DNA from: Hypanus sabinus
Lineage: Eukaryota
Reading direction: 5' to 3'
Length of the DNA stretch: 64,000 nt
Assembly: GCF_030144855.1 (NCBI RefSeq)
Contig: NC_082731.1
Span: 25,792,001 to 25,856,000, forward strand
The translations under genes were made by a program, and so were the position numbers. This document shows positions 1 to 11,500 of this stretch, piece after piece (positions within the stretch are counted from its first letter, which is position 1; every line of letters begins with the position of its first letter). The notes below the pieces were generated by a model, which saw nothing but the letters and a program-made list of their open reading frames with translations, was not told the DNA's origin and did no database searches.

Positions 1-59
1 AACAACGATTTCTCCTGATGTTTGATGCCAGCTCCTGAGCTGCCTACAGAAAACGTCAT

Positions 60-960
60 GTTTCAATCATTGGCAAATCTAAGCCAAAGAGTTTTCTAAC
101 ACTTGACGTGGACTCACCAGTTGCCTGGGGTAACGAATTCCACAGACTCACAACTCTCAGCTAAATCTGCCTCATCTCCGTTCCAAAATGATGCAAATCT
201 GAGGCTGTCCCCCATGGTTTTAGACATTCTCACCAAAGATAACTTTGTCTTCACATCTACACTGTCATGGCCTACCACCATTCAATAGGTTTCAATGAGG
301 TCACTCCACATTCTTCTGAATTCCAGTGAATAGAGGCCGACAGCAACCCAAAGCTCTCCATATGACAAGCCTTTCAATACTGGTATCATTTCCATGAACA
401 TCGTCGGGGCCCCATCCGGCTTCAGCACACTCAATCGAAAATAAGGGAGAATACGTTCATCCAGGTATGGCTTTATCAATGTTTTATAAACACTCAAATT
501 AACATCGTTGCTTTTATAATCTAGTCCCCTTGAAAATAATGCAACAAACGCAATTTGCTTCCTCATCAAAGACTCAACTTGTGAAGCAACTTTTAGAGAA
601 TCGCGTACAAGTCTCCCAATCCCATTGCGCCTCAGCTCTTTGTATTTTCCCTCCATTCAGAAAATAGTCAAGCCTTTCATTTCTACTTTCGTAATGCTTG
701 AGAATGTGCTTCCTGACACTGCATTCCACCTGCCGCTCTTTGCTCATTATCATAATCTCACTAATTCCTCAGAAGTACCTGCCGCTCCATTTCCCTTCGT
801 GAAATCTGCCAATTTTGCAACAATGTCATCCACATTATTGGCATTTTACCTAAAAATTATCGATCCCAATGCAGCCCCTGTGAAGCATTACTATTCAACG
901 CCAGCCTACCAGACACACTTCACTTTACTCAGGCTCTTTGCCTCCAACCAACATGCTTGA
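60..960 (-). mobile_element. CR1-clade LINE fragment (RT C-terminus and 3' end)
   Basis: Minus ORF 282..656 reads LDYKS..LSVYKTLIKPYL..GLSYGE..GLYSLEFRRMWSDLIETY, typical of the CR1 ORF2 tail; a RVVSLWNSLP-like segment lies at ~120-155 on the minus strand. Confidence 0.75.
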
Positions 961-999
961 ACCTTTCCTGTAATAGCTCGGAATTGTACCTTGGTAAGC

Positions 1000-1470
1000 A
1001 GACTATGTACCTGTGTTTCTGCACCTAAGGTAAGAGGAAAGGTTGAAAAAGTTCGTTCTTTATTCTTTCGAGCGTAGAAGCTTGAGGGGGGAATTGATAG
1101 AGGTATATAAAGTAATGAAGGGGTTAGATCGAGTTGACATGGATAGGCTTTTTCCATTGAGAGTAGGGGAGAATCAAACAAGACATGATTTGACAGTTAG
1201 TGGGCAAAATGTTAAGGCTAACACGAGGAGGAATTTCTTTACTCAGAGAGTGGTAGCTGTGGGGAATGAGATTCCATTGAAGTGTTAGAGTCAGCGTTGG
1301 TATAGTCATTAAAGCAAAATTGAATATGTATATGGATAGGAAAGGAATGGAGGGTCATGTGCTGAGTGCGGGCCAATAGAACAAGATGTGTGTAAGCGTC
1401 GGCACGGACCAGAAGGGCCGAGATGGCCTGTTTCCGTGCTGTATTTTCTTTTGGTTATATGGTTATATAT
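1000..1470 (+). mobile_element. CR1 LINE 3' end with 3'UTR and short tandem tail
   Basis: ORF 1043..1288 has RRSLRGELIEVYKVMKGLDRVD..RRNFFTQRVV, followed by the gggccgagatggcctgtttccgtgctgta 3'UTR and a (ggttatat)n-like tail. Confidence 0.85.
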
Positions 1471-1626
1471 ATAGCACCTTGCCATCGGCCTTCTAAAATT
1501 CTAACTCGAAAACATAAAACTGTTTTACTTTGTCTATCCTTCGTGTTATTTCTTCAGGAATAAAACCCGATTTGTCATGAAAGGATTCCTCTAAAAGAAT
1601 CGTGCTACCTATGACCTTTTTTAGCA

Positions 1627-1662
1627 AACACGAAGTATTCTGCAGATGCTGGGGTCAAAGCA
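1627..1662 (+). mobile_element. 36-bp repeat-derived mini-insertion with 8-bp target-site duplication
   Basis: aacacgaagtattctgcagatgctggggtcaaagca is flanked by ttttagca at 1619-1626 and 1663-1670, and is absent from the paralogous site at ~12295. Confidence 0.75.
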
Positions 1663-2089
1663 TTTTAGCATGTGGTTCGGAGTACCCTGAAATCACACCC
1701 TGAGCAACGGGCTCCAACATTTTGGTCTAAGTAGCCTATAATCTACTTTCTTCTGTCACTCTACGCTCTCGGAGAGTGGAGAGATACTTTCAATTTCGTA
1801 TTCCATCTTTACCTTCCTAATGACTTTTTAGTTGCCTTCAGCCGGTGTTTAAAAGCTGCCGGATCTGCAAACTTACATGATATGCTCCCATTTTGACTTT
1901 TATGTTGGCTTTGACTTCTTGTTGTTTACGGTTAAGTCATCTTGCCTTTAGTAAGCGTCATCCTTTTTGAGGTATGTACGTTCTGTGCCTTCTGAAATGC
2001 TCTCAGCAATTTTAGCCAGTGCAGCTCTCCGGTCATCCCTGATTGTGTCATATTCCAATCAATTCTCGCTAACTCCTCTCTCACCCATC

Positions 2090-2511
2090 TGCAATTTCCA
2101 GACTAGTGTCTCTCAATCCCTGTCTCAGGGTGATATCTGTTCACTGACTGGTGCCTCTCTTTTCGCTTCGCAGAGATGATCTATATTTCAGATGAAATAA
2201 ATTTTCCAAGGCTGAAGTTGATCATCTGAACAGAAAGCGAAAGATCCTCAATCCGGTTCTGGTCACAGCTGCTTACCTGTCTCCTGTACAGATGCAAACA
2301 TCTTTAGGGGAATTGAAATCTCTGCTGGGGGAGGGGACAGGAAGCTACCACTCTGGTTTCAGTTGGTAAGAGCCTGTTCAGCAGCGTCACCCTTTCTCAC
2401 TCGTCGTCAATGTCTCTATTAAATCAGCATTCATTTCGATTCAAGTTAATTCCAGCCTGAGCTGAGACACCGATCACAAAAGAGTTTAAGTCGAACTCAG
2501 TGCTTAGAACG
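2090..2511 (+). promoter_or_regulatory. V1 promoter region (octamer-like ATGCAAAC 2292-2299, GC/Ets-like ggggaggggacaggaa ~2327-2342, TATA-like TATTAAA 2417-2423)
   Basis: Lies directly 5' of the leader exon and is highly similar to 12740-13150; the ctggggg(a/c)gggacaggaa core also precedes V3 (~50161-50180). Confidence 0.6.
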
Positions 2512-2557
2512 ATGGGTGTCGTCCTTTACATCTGTCTTCTCCTGTCCTGCATTGCAG
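2512..2557 (+). CDS. IGHV: VH1 leader exon (MGVVLYICLLLSCIA, phase-1 donor)
   Basis: ATG at 2512, 46-nt hydrophobic exon, CAG|GTATGT donor at 2558; 112-nt intron ending in polypyrimidine + CCAG at 2669. Confidence 0.93.
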
Positions 2558-2669
2558 GTATGTTGTCCGCGGTCTGTCTCACAACTGGGACAGGCAGATT
2601 TTCGGCGTCTTTGGCGCCTATGCCGCCGGGACATTTTATTAATTTCTGTTTTTTTTTATTTCTTGCCAG

Positions 2670-2967
2670 ACGTGCGGTCCGACATCGTGCTGAAACAACC
2701 CGACTCAGCCGTGGTACATCTCGGAGAGTCACACAGACTATCCTGTGCAACCAGTGGTTTCGATATCAACAGCTACTACATGTCCTGGGTAAAACAGGTC
2801 TCCGGGAAAGGGCTGCAAATGTTGGTAAGTTATCGTAATGAAGGGAATAAGTATTACTCGCCAGGAATCGAGAAGCGGTTCACCGCTTCCAAGGGCGGCA
2901 ACAATTTTTATCTGCAAATGAACGAACTGACACTGGACGACACAGGCACATATTACTGTGCGAGAGA
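2670..2967 (+). CDS. IGHV: VH1 exon, IgW-like heavy-chain V segment, open frame
   Basis: DVRS leader end then DIVLKQPDSA..LSC(22)ATSGF..MSW(36)VKQVSGKGLQML..YYSPGIEKRFTASK..LQM..DDTGTYYCAR. Both canonical Cys and the Trp are present, no stops. The leader and YxPGIxxRFTASK resemble cartilaginous-fish IgW V from memory (isotype not verified). Confidence 0.95.
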
Positions 2968-3006
2968 CACAGTGAGACAGATTGGGACTGCACCGGGACA
3001 AAAACC
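2968..3006 (+). other. 23-bp-spacer recombination signal sequence of VH1 (consensus)
   Basis: CACAGTG (2968-2974) + 23 nt + ACAAAAACC (2998-3006), both perfect. Confidence 0.97.
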
Positions 3007-3597
3007 CGCCGAAAACCCCTGCACTTAGAGCGCTGAGGGAAAGGGCAAGAGGGATCGCCAGAGCTCGGTGACTATCCTTCTGGACAGTTTCAGGCTTCCA
3101 CTCAAGGGAAAGCATGTTGTAAGAGATGAGGTGCTGGATGGTTCGACCAAGGCTTTCCGAGGACGACGTCACACGGCAGCTCGGAGACAATATTTTTTAG
3201 GGATAGTGTCACCTATATATTTCGTCAGCTGCGGGCTTTTACCCAGATGCTACGTAACAAAACCATCTAAATTGGGCTCTTCGGGGTCTTACTCCAGCCT
3301 TTACACTGGGACAAATCAATCAGAGTCCGAGTGGATAATCTAGGACTAGGTAGAGGTTTCACTGGAGATCTGTTTGGAAGCGAACCGAACAACGAAGAAA
3401 TGGAGACTCCCAAAGAGGATCAATGGATGCCCAGTGAGAAATCCCATTTCATCAGATCCACTCCAAGTAAGGACTGGGATGGACGATATTGAGACTCACA
3501 GCTAGAACCGATGCACAGATTTGAGGGTTGGGAGGGTTTCTGAGTCCACTGGCTGACTCACGGATACAACGGGTTTCAGGCGTGATGGGGTAAAGGC

Positions 3598-3643
3598 TGT
3601 TTCTGTGCTGTGGTAAATCGCAACATTGAGCTGAACGGAAACC
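3598..3643 (+). pseudogene. D-segment relic: nonamer-12-heptamer-9-nonamer, D core missing
   Basis: tgtttctgt + 12 nt + cgcaaca + 9 nt + acggaaacc. Positionally homologous to 14245-14293 and to the D at 51595-51658. Confidence 0.6.
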
Positions 3644-3916
3644 GTTCCCGACAAACCAACAGGGCAGTCAGTCTACTTGACTTCTGCACTGTTGCTTACC
3701 AGAGTCAAATCACAGAAGCCTGACTGTACTTCTATACTGGCTATTAAAAGTAAATAAAACTTAGACTCTGTTTCTGTGGATTGGCAGAAATCAGTGTCCT
3801 CCGACAGGAAAACCCGAAAATGCCTCTTTCGTCCACACGCCAGGACGACACAAGCTCAGAGTTTGGGATGGAAATGCAGGATGCAGCCTTTCCCGGTTCG
3901 GACAGGGATCATGCGG

Positions 3917-3956
3917 ACATGTGTTGGGATTATTGGACTTGACTATCAATACCACG
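3917..3956 (+). pseudogene. Possible JH relic (DYW...[GxGT deleted]...LTIN/VTVT)
   Basis: Heptamer-like acatgtg, then ttgg-gat-tat-tgg (DYW)-ac-ttg-act-atc-aat; homologous to 14570-14610 and ~290 bp after the D relic. The nonamer and splice donor are not recognisable. Confidence 0.35.
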
Positions 3957-4008
3957 GTTCGACATCGCAGCAGATTCGGCAATTTCGCTCGTGCATATGC
4001 ATGTGTCA

Positions 4009-6050
4009 GAGGATATTTGCCGGGAGTTTTGAGCAGGTACTTTCTAATGAGACACGGAACGGACGGTAGTGTGCAAAATCTGTGGTGCACAAAGGTTGTT
4101 GTAAATCAAGCCAAGAAGAAGAGTTTCCAAAACCTTCAAAATAAGAGGCAAGGATCTCAATCTGGAAGATTATACGGATAGCAGGAAGGAGATTAAGAAT
4201 GAAGTTAGCAGAGCTAGTAGGGGCGCTGAGAAGTCCTTGACGCACAGGATTAACAAAAACCCCATGGTATTCTACAAGTATGTGAAGAACAAAAGGATAA
4301 GACATGAGACAATAGGATCATTCAAGTGTGACAATTGAAAAGTGTGTGTGGAAACGGAGGAAATAGAGGAGGTACTTAATAAATACTTTGCTTCAGTATT
4401 CTCTATGGAAAAAGATCCTGGCAATTCTACCAATGACTTGCAGTGGACTGAAAAGCTTGAGAATGTAGATAGTAAGAAAGATGATGTGCTGGAACTTTTG
4501 GAAAGCATTAGTGTATAAGTCATCTGGACTGGATGGGATGCACCTCATGGTACTATGAGAAGCGAAGGAGGAGACTTCTGAGACTCTGGAAATGATATTT
4601 ACGTCATCAATGAAGGCGGAAGAGGTTCGGGAGGATTGGAGGATTGCTGATGTCGTTCCCTTATACAGGAGAGAGAGTAGGGATAGCCAAGATAAATACA
4701 GCCCAGTGAGTCTCACTTAAGTGGTTGGTAAGTGGATGGAGAAAATACTGAGAGGCAGGATTTCTGAACATTTGAACAGGGGAGGCACAATACGACGAAG
4801 AACAGTCAGCACGGACCTCTCAAATGCAGGTCGTGCTTCAGGAACCTGATTAATTTTTTGAGGATGTGACTAAGCACTTTGAAGAATGTACAGCCATTAA
4901 TGTAGTGTATCTGGATTCCCGCAAGGCATTTCATAAGGTACTGCATGCAAGGCTTATTGAGAATGTAAGGAGGCATGCGATCCAAGGGAAAATTATTTCG
5001 TGTATCCAGAACTGGCTTGCTCACAGAAGGCAATTTGTGGTTGTAGACGGGTCATATTCTGCCTGGAGGCCGGTGACCAGTTGTGTGCCTCAGGGCTCTG
5101 CTCTGCTGCCCCTGCTCTTAGTGATTTTTATATACGACATGGATGAGAAAGTGGAGGGATGGGTTGGTAAAATTGTTGATGACATAAAGGTTTCATGTGT
5201 TTTCGATAGCGTGGAGGGCTGTCAGAGGTTACAACGGGACATTGATAGAATGGAAAACTGTGCTGAGAAGTGGCAAATGGAGGTCAACCCAGATACGTGT
5301 GAGGTGGTTCATTTTGGTAGGTCAAATCTGATGGCAGGATATGGTAAGACTCTTGGTGGTGTGCAGGATCAGAGGGATTTTGGGGTCCGAGACTATAAGA
5401 CCCTCAAAGCTGCTACGCAGGTTGACTCTGTGGTTAAGAGGGTATGCAGTTTGACCCTGAGTTTAAGAGTCAAGAGGTAATGTTGCAGCTATATCGGTCC
5501 CTAGTCAATTCCCACTTGGAGTGTTCTGCTCAATTCTGGTCGCCTCACTGTAGGAAGGACGTGAAAACCATAGGAGCGGTGCAGAGGAGATCTAAAAGGA
5601 TGTTGTCTGTCTTGGTGAGCCTGCCTTATGAGAATAGACTGAGTGAACTCGGCCTTTTCTCCCTGGAGCGACGGAGGATGAGACCTGACTTGATAGAGGT
5701 GTACAGGATAATGAGAGGCATTGATCGTGTGGATAGTAAGAGGCATTTCCCCTGGGCTGAAATGGCTATCCGGAGAGGGCATAACTTTAAGGAACTTGGA
5801 AGTAGGCACCGAGGAGATGTCAATAGTAGGTTATTTACGCAGAGAGTTTTGAGTGCGTGGAATAGGCTACCGGCGACGGTGGTGGAGGTGTAAACGATAA
5901 GGGTCTTTTTAAAGGACATCTTCATGGGTAGATGGAGGTTAGAAATATAGATGTTATGGGAAAAGCCCAGGTAGTTCTAAGGTAGGGACAAGATCGGACG
6001 AGATCGTTGGCCGAAGAGCCTTTATTGTGCTGTATGTTTTCTATGTTTCT
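4009..6050 (+). mobile_element. CR1 LINE, 3' half of ORF2 (RT), decayed
   Basis: ORFs 4866..5480 and 5444..5893 contain AINVVYLDSRKAFHKV, VPQGSALLPLL, VDDIKV and LFTQRVLSAWNRLP; the tail ttctatgtttct ends at ~6050. Confidence 0.92.
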
Positions 6051-6059
6051 TAAAAGCAA

Positions 6060-6540
6060 TTGTCCAGCGTGGATGAATCAATCTGATGGCCTGATGAAAG
6101 AAGCTGTCCCAGAGCCTGTCGGTGCTGGTTTTTATGCTGTGGCACCGTTTTCAGGATGATGGCAGCTGCAACAATCCGCAGTTGCCGTAGCTTTCATCTA
6201 GTGAAGTTTCGGGCCCTTTTTTCGCACCTGTCTCTGTAAATGTCCTGAACAGTGGATAGATTATACCTTGAGATTAAGTGGGTTTTCCGCACCACTCCTA
6301 CAGAGGACTGTGATTCAGGAATGGATAGTTCCCGTAAAAGACATTGATGCATTCAGTCAGGTTGTCTTCAATGGTGCCCTTGCAGAAAGTCCTTAGGATT
6401 CGGGGACCAATACCAAACGTCTTCAATCCTTTGAGGTAAAAGAGGCACTATGGTGCTTTCTTCTCCACCCAGCAGTGATGTACAGACCATGTGATATCCT
6501 CGGTAATATGTATGCCAAGTAACTTAAACTGCGCGGTTCC
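6060..6540 (-). mobile_element. Rex/Babar-like non-LTR retrotransposon 3' fragment
   Basis: The minus strand encodes degenerate FKLLGIHITEDITWS..KKA..CLFYLKRLKTFG..ILRTF. Paralog at ~59070-59620. Confidence 0.65.
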
Positions 6541-7039
6541 CAAACCCAGATACTTCTATATTTTTTTTTTACATTTATTTTGATGAAACAAAGTTGTTGT
6601 TGATGTTTTTATTTTCTAATACCCCGGAGCCTCCCAGTGACATTAACAACTTTATCTACAATGTGTCACTTCATATAGGGGACTTTTTTTTAATCTATTC
6701 TAAGTTGTTAGTTCTGAGCTGGACATCCAAACCTTGACACCGGTGTAGCCTCTAAGTTTGACCTGTATGCCAAGGAGGACCCGAACAAGAATCGAAGCAC
6801 AAGACCCTCCTTGGCATTGAGACACGAAAGTGCAAAACCATTTGTCAACATTTTGATCCACGGGAATTACGTGCTAATGGAAGCATACAATATATATCCC
6901 GTTATCCTTCGTTTGATTGTATATAAATGTTGTCAAGTAACGTTGCAGCAACATACAGTGTTTGCTCTACCGTACTTAGCATCCTGCAAACTGTTTTCTT
7001 CGGCATATTTTAGGAAGGATGTGAGGCTTTGGATATGGC

Positions 7040-8525
7040 GCGGAAGGGGGCAATGGAAAGGGCTTTAATGTTAAGAAATGATATTAAATCATTAGAAAGA
7101 GTCGACCTAGGCTCGAAAGGTACAGAATATTTATGGGTTCAGCTAAGAATTCACAGTGGTAAAAGGACTCTGATGGCAGTTATCTACAGGCCTCCAAACA
7201 GCTGCAGTGATGTGGACTACAAGTTACAAGAGGAGATACAAAAAGGCTTGCCAGAACTGCAGTGTTATGATAATTAAAGGGGATTTTATCATGCCAGTAT
7301 GTTGGGAAAATCAGGTCGGCACTGGATCTCAAGAGAGAGAATTTGTAGAACTTTTTGGCTTTTTAGATCAGCTTGTTGTTGAGCACAAGAAGGGTCGGCT
7401 GTACTGAATTGGGTATTGTGTAAATAAAAAGAAGTGATTAGAGAGATGTAAGTAAAGTAACCCTTACGAGGCAGTGATCAAAACATGATTGAGTTCACTG
7501 TGAAATTTGAGAAAGAGAAGCCGAAATTCGACGTGTCGGTATTTCAGTGGAGGAAATGAAAGTGGCATGAGAGATGAACTGGCCAAAGTTGACAGGGAAG
7601 GAACACTAGCGGTAAGGACAACAGAACAGCAGTTGCTGGATTTTATGCGAGAAGTGAGGAACCTGCAAGACAGATATATTCCAAAGAAGAAGAAATGATC
7701 CAATGGAAAAAGAATGCAACCGTGGATGACAAGAGAAGTCAAAGTAAAAGCAAAGCAAAGGGCATGCAAGGAAGTAAAAAATAGTGGGAAGACAGATGAT
7801 TGGGAAGTTTTTAAAAACTTATAAAAGGAAACTAACAAGGTCATCAAGAGGGAAAAGATGAACAATGAAAGGAAGCTAGCAAATAATATCCAAAAGGATC
7901 CTAAACGCTTTTTCAAGTTTATAATAAGAAAATGACAGATGAGTGTATATATAGGACCGATAGAAAACGATGCTGGAGAAATTGTAATAGCAGATACGAA
8001 GATGGCGGAGGAACTGAACGAGTATTTTGCATCAGTCTTCACAGACATCAACAATATGCCAGACATTCAAGGCTGTCTGGGAAGAGAAATATGCGCAGTC
8101 ACAACAGAGTAAGTACTTAGGAAGTTGAATAGTTTAAGGGTAGATAAATCTCCTGGACAAGATGGAATACACCATCGTGTTCTGAAGGAAATAGCAGTGG
8201 CGATTGCTGAAGCATTACCAATGATCTTTCAGAAGTCTATAGATTCTGGCCTGGTTCCTGAGGACTGGACGATTGCAAATGTCACTCCGCTATTTAAGAA
8301 GGGGGCAAGGAAGCAAAAAGGAAATTATAGACCTGTTAGCTTGACATCGGTGGTTGGGAAGTTGTTAGAGCCGATTGTCAAGGATGAGGTTACAGAGTAC
8401 CTGGAAGCATATGACAAGATAGGCAGAATTCAGCATCGTTCCCTTAAAAGAAAATCTAGTGCAATTTTTTGATGAAATTACAAGTAGGCTAGACAAGGGA
8501 GATGCAGTGGATGTTGTGTATTTGC
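7040..8525 (+). mobile_element. CR1 LINE ORF2 fragment (endonuclease to start of RT), different subfamily
   Basis: LWVQLR..TLMAVIYRPPNS (7029..7277); KSPGQDGIHHRVLKE..WTIANVTPLFKKG..GNYRPVSLTSVVGKLLE (8125..8472). Confidence 0.9.
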
Positions 8526-11500
8526 CTTAGCCATTCAATCTTTTCTCTCTAATTATGGTATCTCTGATATATGGCGTTTCCTTCATCCGACTGAGAGAGA
8601 TTATTCTTTTTTTTCACATGTTCACCATACCTTTACTAGAATTGACTACTTCTTCATCGATAATCAACTTATTCCATTTGTCTATTCTTGTGACTATCAG
8701 AGTATACTGATTTCTGACCATGACCCAATTACTTTGTCTTTAAATTTTCCTGGTCTCCCTCAGAGGAATAAACACTGGCGGTTTGATTCGACTTTATTAT
8801 CGGATGATGATTTTCTAAAATTTATTAAGGATCAGATAACTTTAATCAGATAATCAGATAAGGATCAGATTAACACCAATACATCATCTGAAATGTCATC
8901 CCAGATTGTCTGAGGGGTCAAATTATCTCCTATACAGCAAATCATAACAGAAAGTCCTGAGCAGATCGATTAGACCTCATTAATCAGATTAAAGAATTTG
9001 ATCAACTGTATGGTCAAACTAAGAATCCTGAATTATAAAAGAAGCGTGTAGAACTTCAAACTAAATTTAATCTTCTGTCTACTCAACCTGTCGAACGCCA
9101 ACTTCTTGAAAGTAAGTGTCGCTTTTATATTCATGGTGACAAATCTGGTAAATTTCTAGCCAATCAGCTGAGGCATACCAAAGCCAAACAATATATCACA
9201 AAGATCCGGAAGGAGAATGGAGACTTTACATCGGATCACTTAGAAATCAATGACGCATTTATTTTTTTTTATTCTTGACTTTATTCCTCTGAATATCTGA
9301 ATGAGAATATCTCTGTTGATCATTTTTTAAATAACCTGAATATTCCCTCGTTTTCATCTGATTTTAAAGCTAAACTTAATGCGCCTATATCATCAAAAGA
9401 AATATCTTTTGCAATGTCTGCATTGTCTTCAGGGAAATCTCCTGGACCTGATGGGTTCCCCGTAGAATTCTATAAATCATTCTCTTCACTTCTTTCTCAT
9501 CAGTTATTCTCAGTATTATCTGATTCGTTTAATTACGGAAAATTTCCACCCTCTTTTAATGAGGCATCTATTATTCTTTTATTAAAAAAGGGTAAAGACC
9601 CAACAGAGTGTTCTTCGTATAGGCCGATTTCTTTGCTTAATGTTGATGTTAAAATCTTGGCCAAAGTTTTGGCTTATAGTTTAGAAACTGTTATTCCCTC
9701 TATTATTTCTAAGGATCAAACTGGTTTTATTAAAAACCGTCTTCCTTTTTTTAACATTCGGCGTTAATTTAACATTTTATATTCACCTCCAACTGGGATT
9801 CCTGAATGTGTCATTTCCCTCGATGAGGAGAAAGCATTCAATCGTATAGAGTGGAACTACCTTTTTGCAGTTTCAGAAAAATTTGACCTCGGTCAAAGTT
9901 TTATCGCTTGGATCAAATTGCTGTATCTGTGTCCTACTGCCACTGTTTTGACTAATTTTCAGAAATCCCAGTTATTTACCCTCAAACGTGGCACCCGTCA
10001 GGGATGCCCTTTAAGTCCCTTTCTCTTTGATTTGTCTATAGAACCTTTGGCGATAGCATTTCGAAATTGTCCTGCATGGACCGGGATTTGGAGAGGGGGT
10101 GTTGAGCATAAAGTTTCTCTTTCTGCTAATGACTTATTACTTTTCCTTTCAAATCCGTCTACATATTTACCTCCAATGTTTTCACTTCTTGATCAGTTTA
10201 GCCAGATCGTTGGCTATAAATTTAATTTACATAAGAGTGAACTTTTCCCAATTAATAAAGAAACACAAGAATTAGCATTCCGTGATCTCCCTTTTATAGT
10301 AGTTCATAATCAATTTACTTATCTTGGGATTACAGTCACAAGGAAGTTTAAAGATCTTTTTCGTGAAAACTTTGCCAATCTTTCATATAATATAAAACAC
10401 AGTCACAATGGTCACCTCTATCTATGGCTTTGGTAGGTCTTATTAATGTTGTTAAAATGTATGTTCTCCGTAAACTTTTATATTTATTTCAATCAGTCCC
10501 AATCTTTATTCCTAAATCTTTTTTTTTTGATTCCTTAGACTCTATTATTTTGTCATATCTGTGGAAGAATAAGCACTCTAGAATTAATAAAGTTTATCTC
10601 CAAAAATCTACAAAAGAGGGTGGCATGGCTTTACCTAACTTTCGTTTATATTATTGGGCAGCCAATATACGTTGTGCTACCTTTTGGTCTTTTTTTCCAT
10701 TGCCAACCCGAGTGCCCTAATTGGCTGGCAATGGAGTTGAGCTCCACTAAAGATTTATCTATGTCTGCACTTGTTGGCTCTGTACTCCCTAGTAGTTTGT
10801 CCAGATTAATAGTTAATCCTCTTGTTAGACACACTTTGCGTATAGGGCTTCAGTTTAGAAAATTTTTCTGTTTCCATGGTTCTTCCTTTTCTAGCCCTAT
10901 CCTACATAACCATTTTTTTACCCACTCCGTATGATTCAGCATTCTATGATTGGTATCGGAAGGGCATTAGACATTTTGAAGGTCATTTTATTGATAATCG
11001 CTTCGCCTCTTTTCAACAGCTCTCTGCTAAGTTCAATCTGCCCAATGCTCATTTTTTTAGATATCTCCAAATTAGACACTTTATTAATAATTTAATTCCT
11101 AACTTCCCTGAAATGCCTGAGAAAGATGTTATGGATTTAATTTGTTCTATTAATCCACTAGGTAAAGGTTTAAATTCATTTATTCGTGATAAATTAGCAG
11201 CCTTACGACGTGCCGCTGTGGAAAAAATTAAAATGACATGGGAGCATGATTTAAATACCTCCTCATCTGATGAGACTTGGGACTCGATTCTCAAATCGGT
11301 TAATTTAACCTCTCTTTGTGGTCGCTATTGCCTTTTACAGTTTAAGATTGTTCATAGAGCCCATATGTCTTAATCTAAATTATCTCGATTTTACCCTAAC
11401 ATTAGTCCGCTTTGTGATAAGTGCAAAAGGGGTCGAGGCCTCTCTCATTCATATGTACTGGTTTTGTCCTAGCGTGGAGAAATTTTGGAAAGTTGTCTTC

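Larger units (their letters stand above)
1494..4008 (+). repeat. Duplicated V cassette copy 1 (paralog of ~12171-14665)
   Basis: Colinear alignment from taaaattctaa (1494 vs 12171) through promoter, V and D/J relics to gcatatgca (~3992 vs ~14648). By eye about 75-80% identity in the flanks; 36/287 mismatches in the mature V exon. Confidence 0.9.

Noticed and set aside
2500-3028. ORF-track proteins 2500..2838, 2516..3028, 13122..13475 and 13156..13665 as single-exon genes
   Set aside because: They are read-throughs of the leader-V intron; the spliced leader + V model explains them.
3189-3264. Possible D1 (cacctat-atatttcg-tcagctg..aacaaaacc; paralog ~13826-13904)
   Set aside because: The heptamers match only about 3/7 and the 3' spacer is 24 rather than 22-23 nt; too weak to call, though the position is plausible.
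7464-8066. 200-aa minus-strand hydrophobic ORF
   Set aside because: It is the antisense of an A-rich CR1 ORF2 segment; other long antisense ORFs (e.g. 13695..14216, 53807..54268) likewise show no protein motifs.
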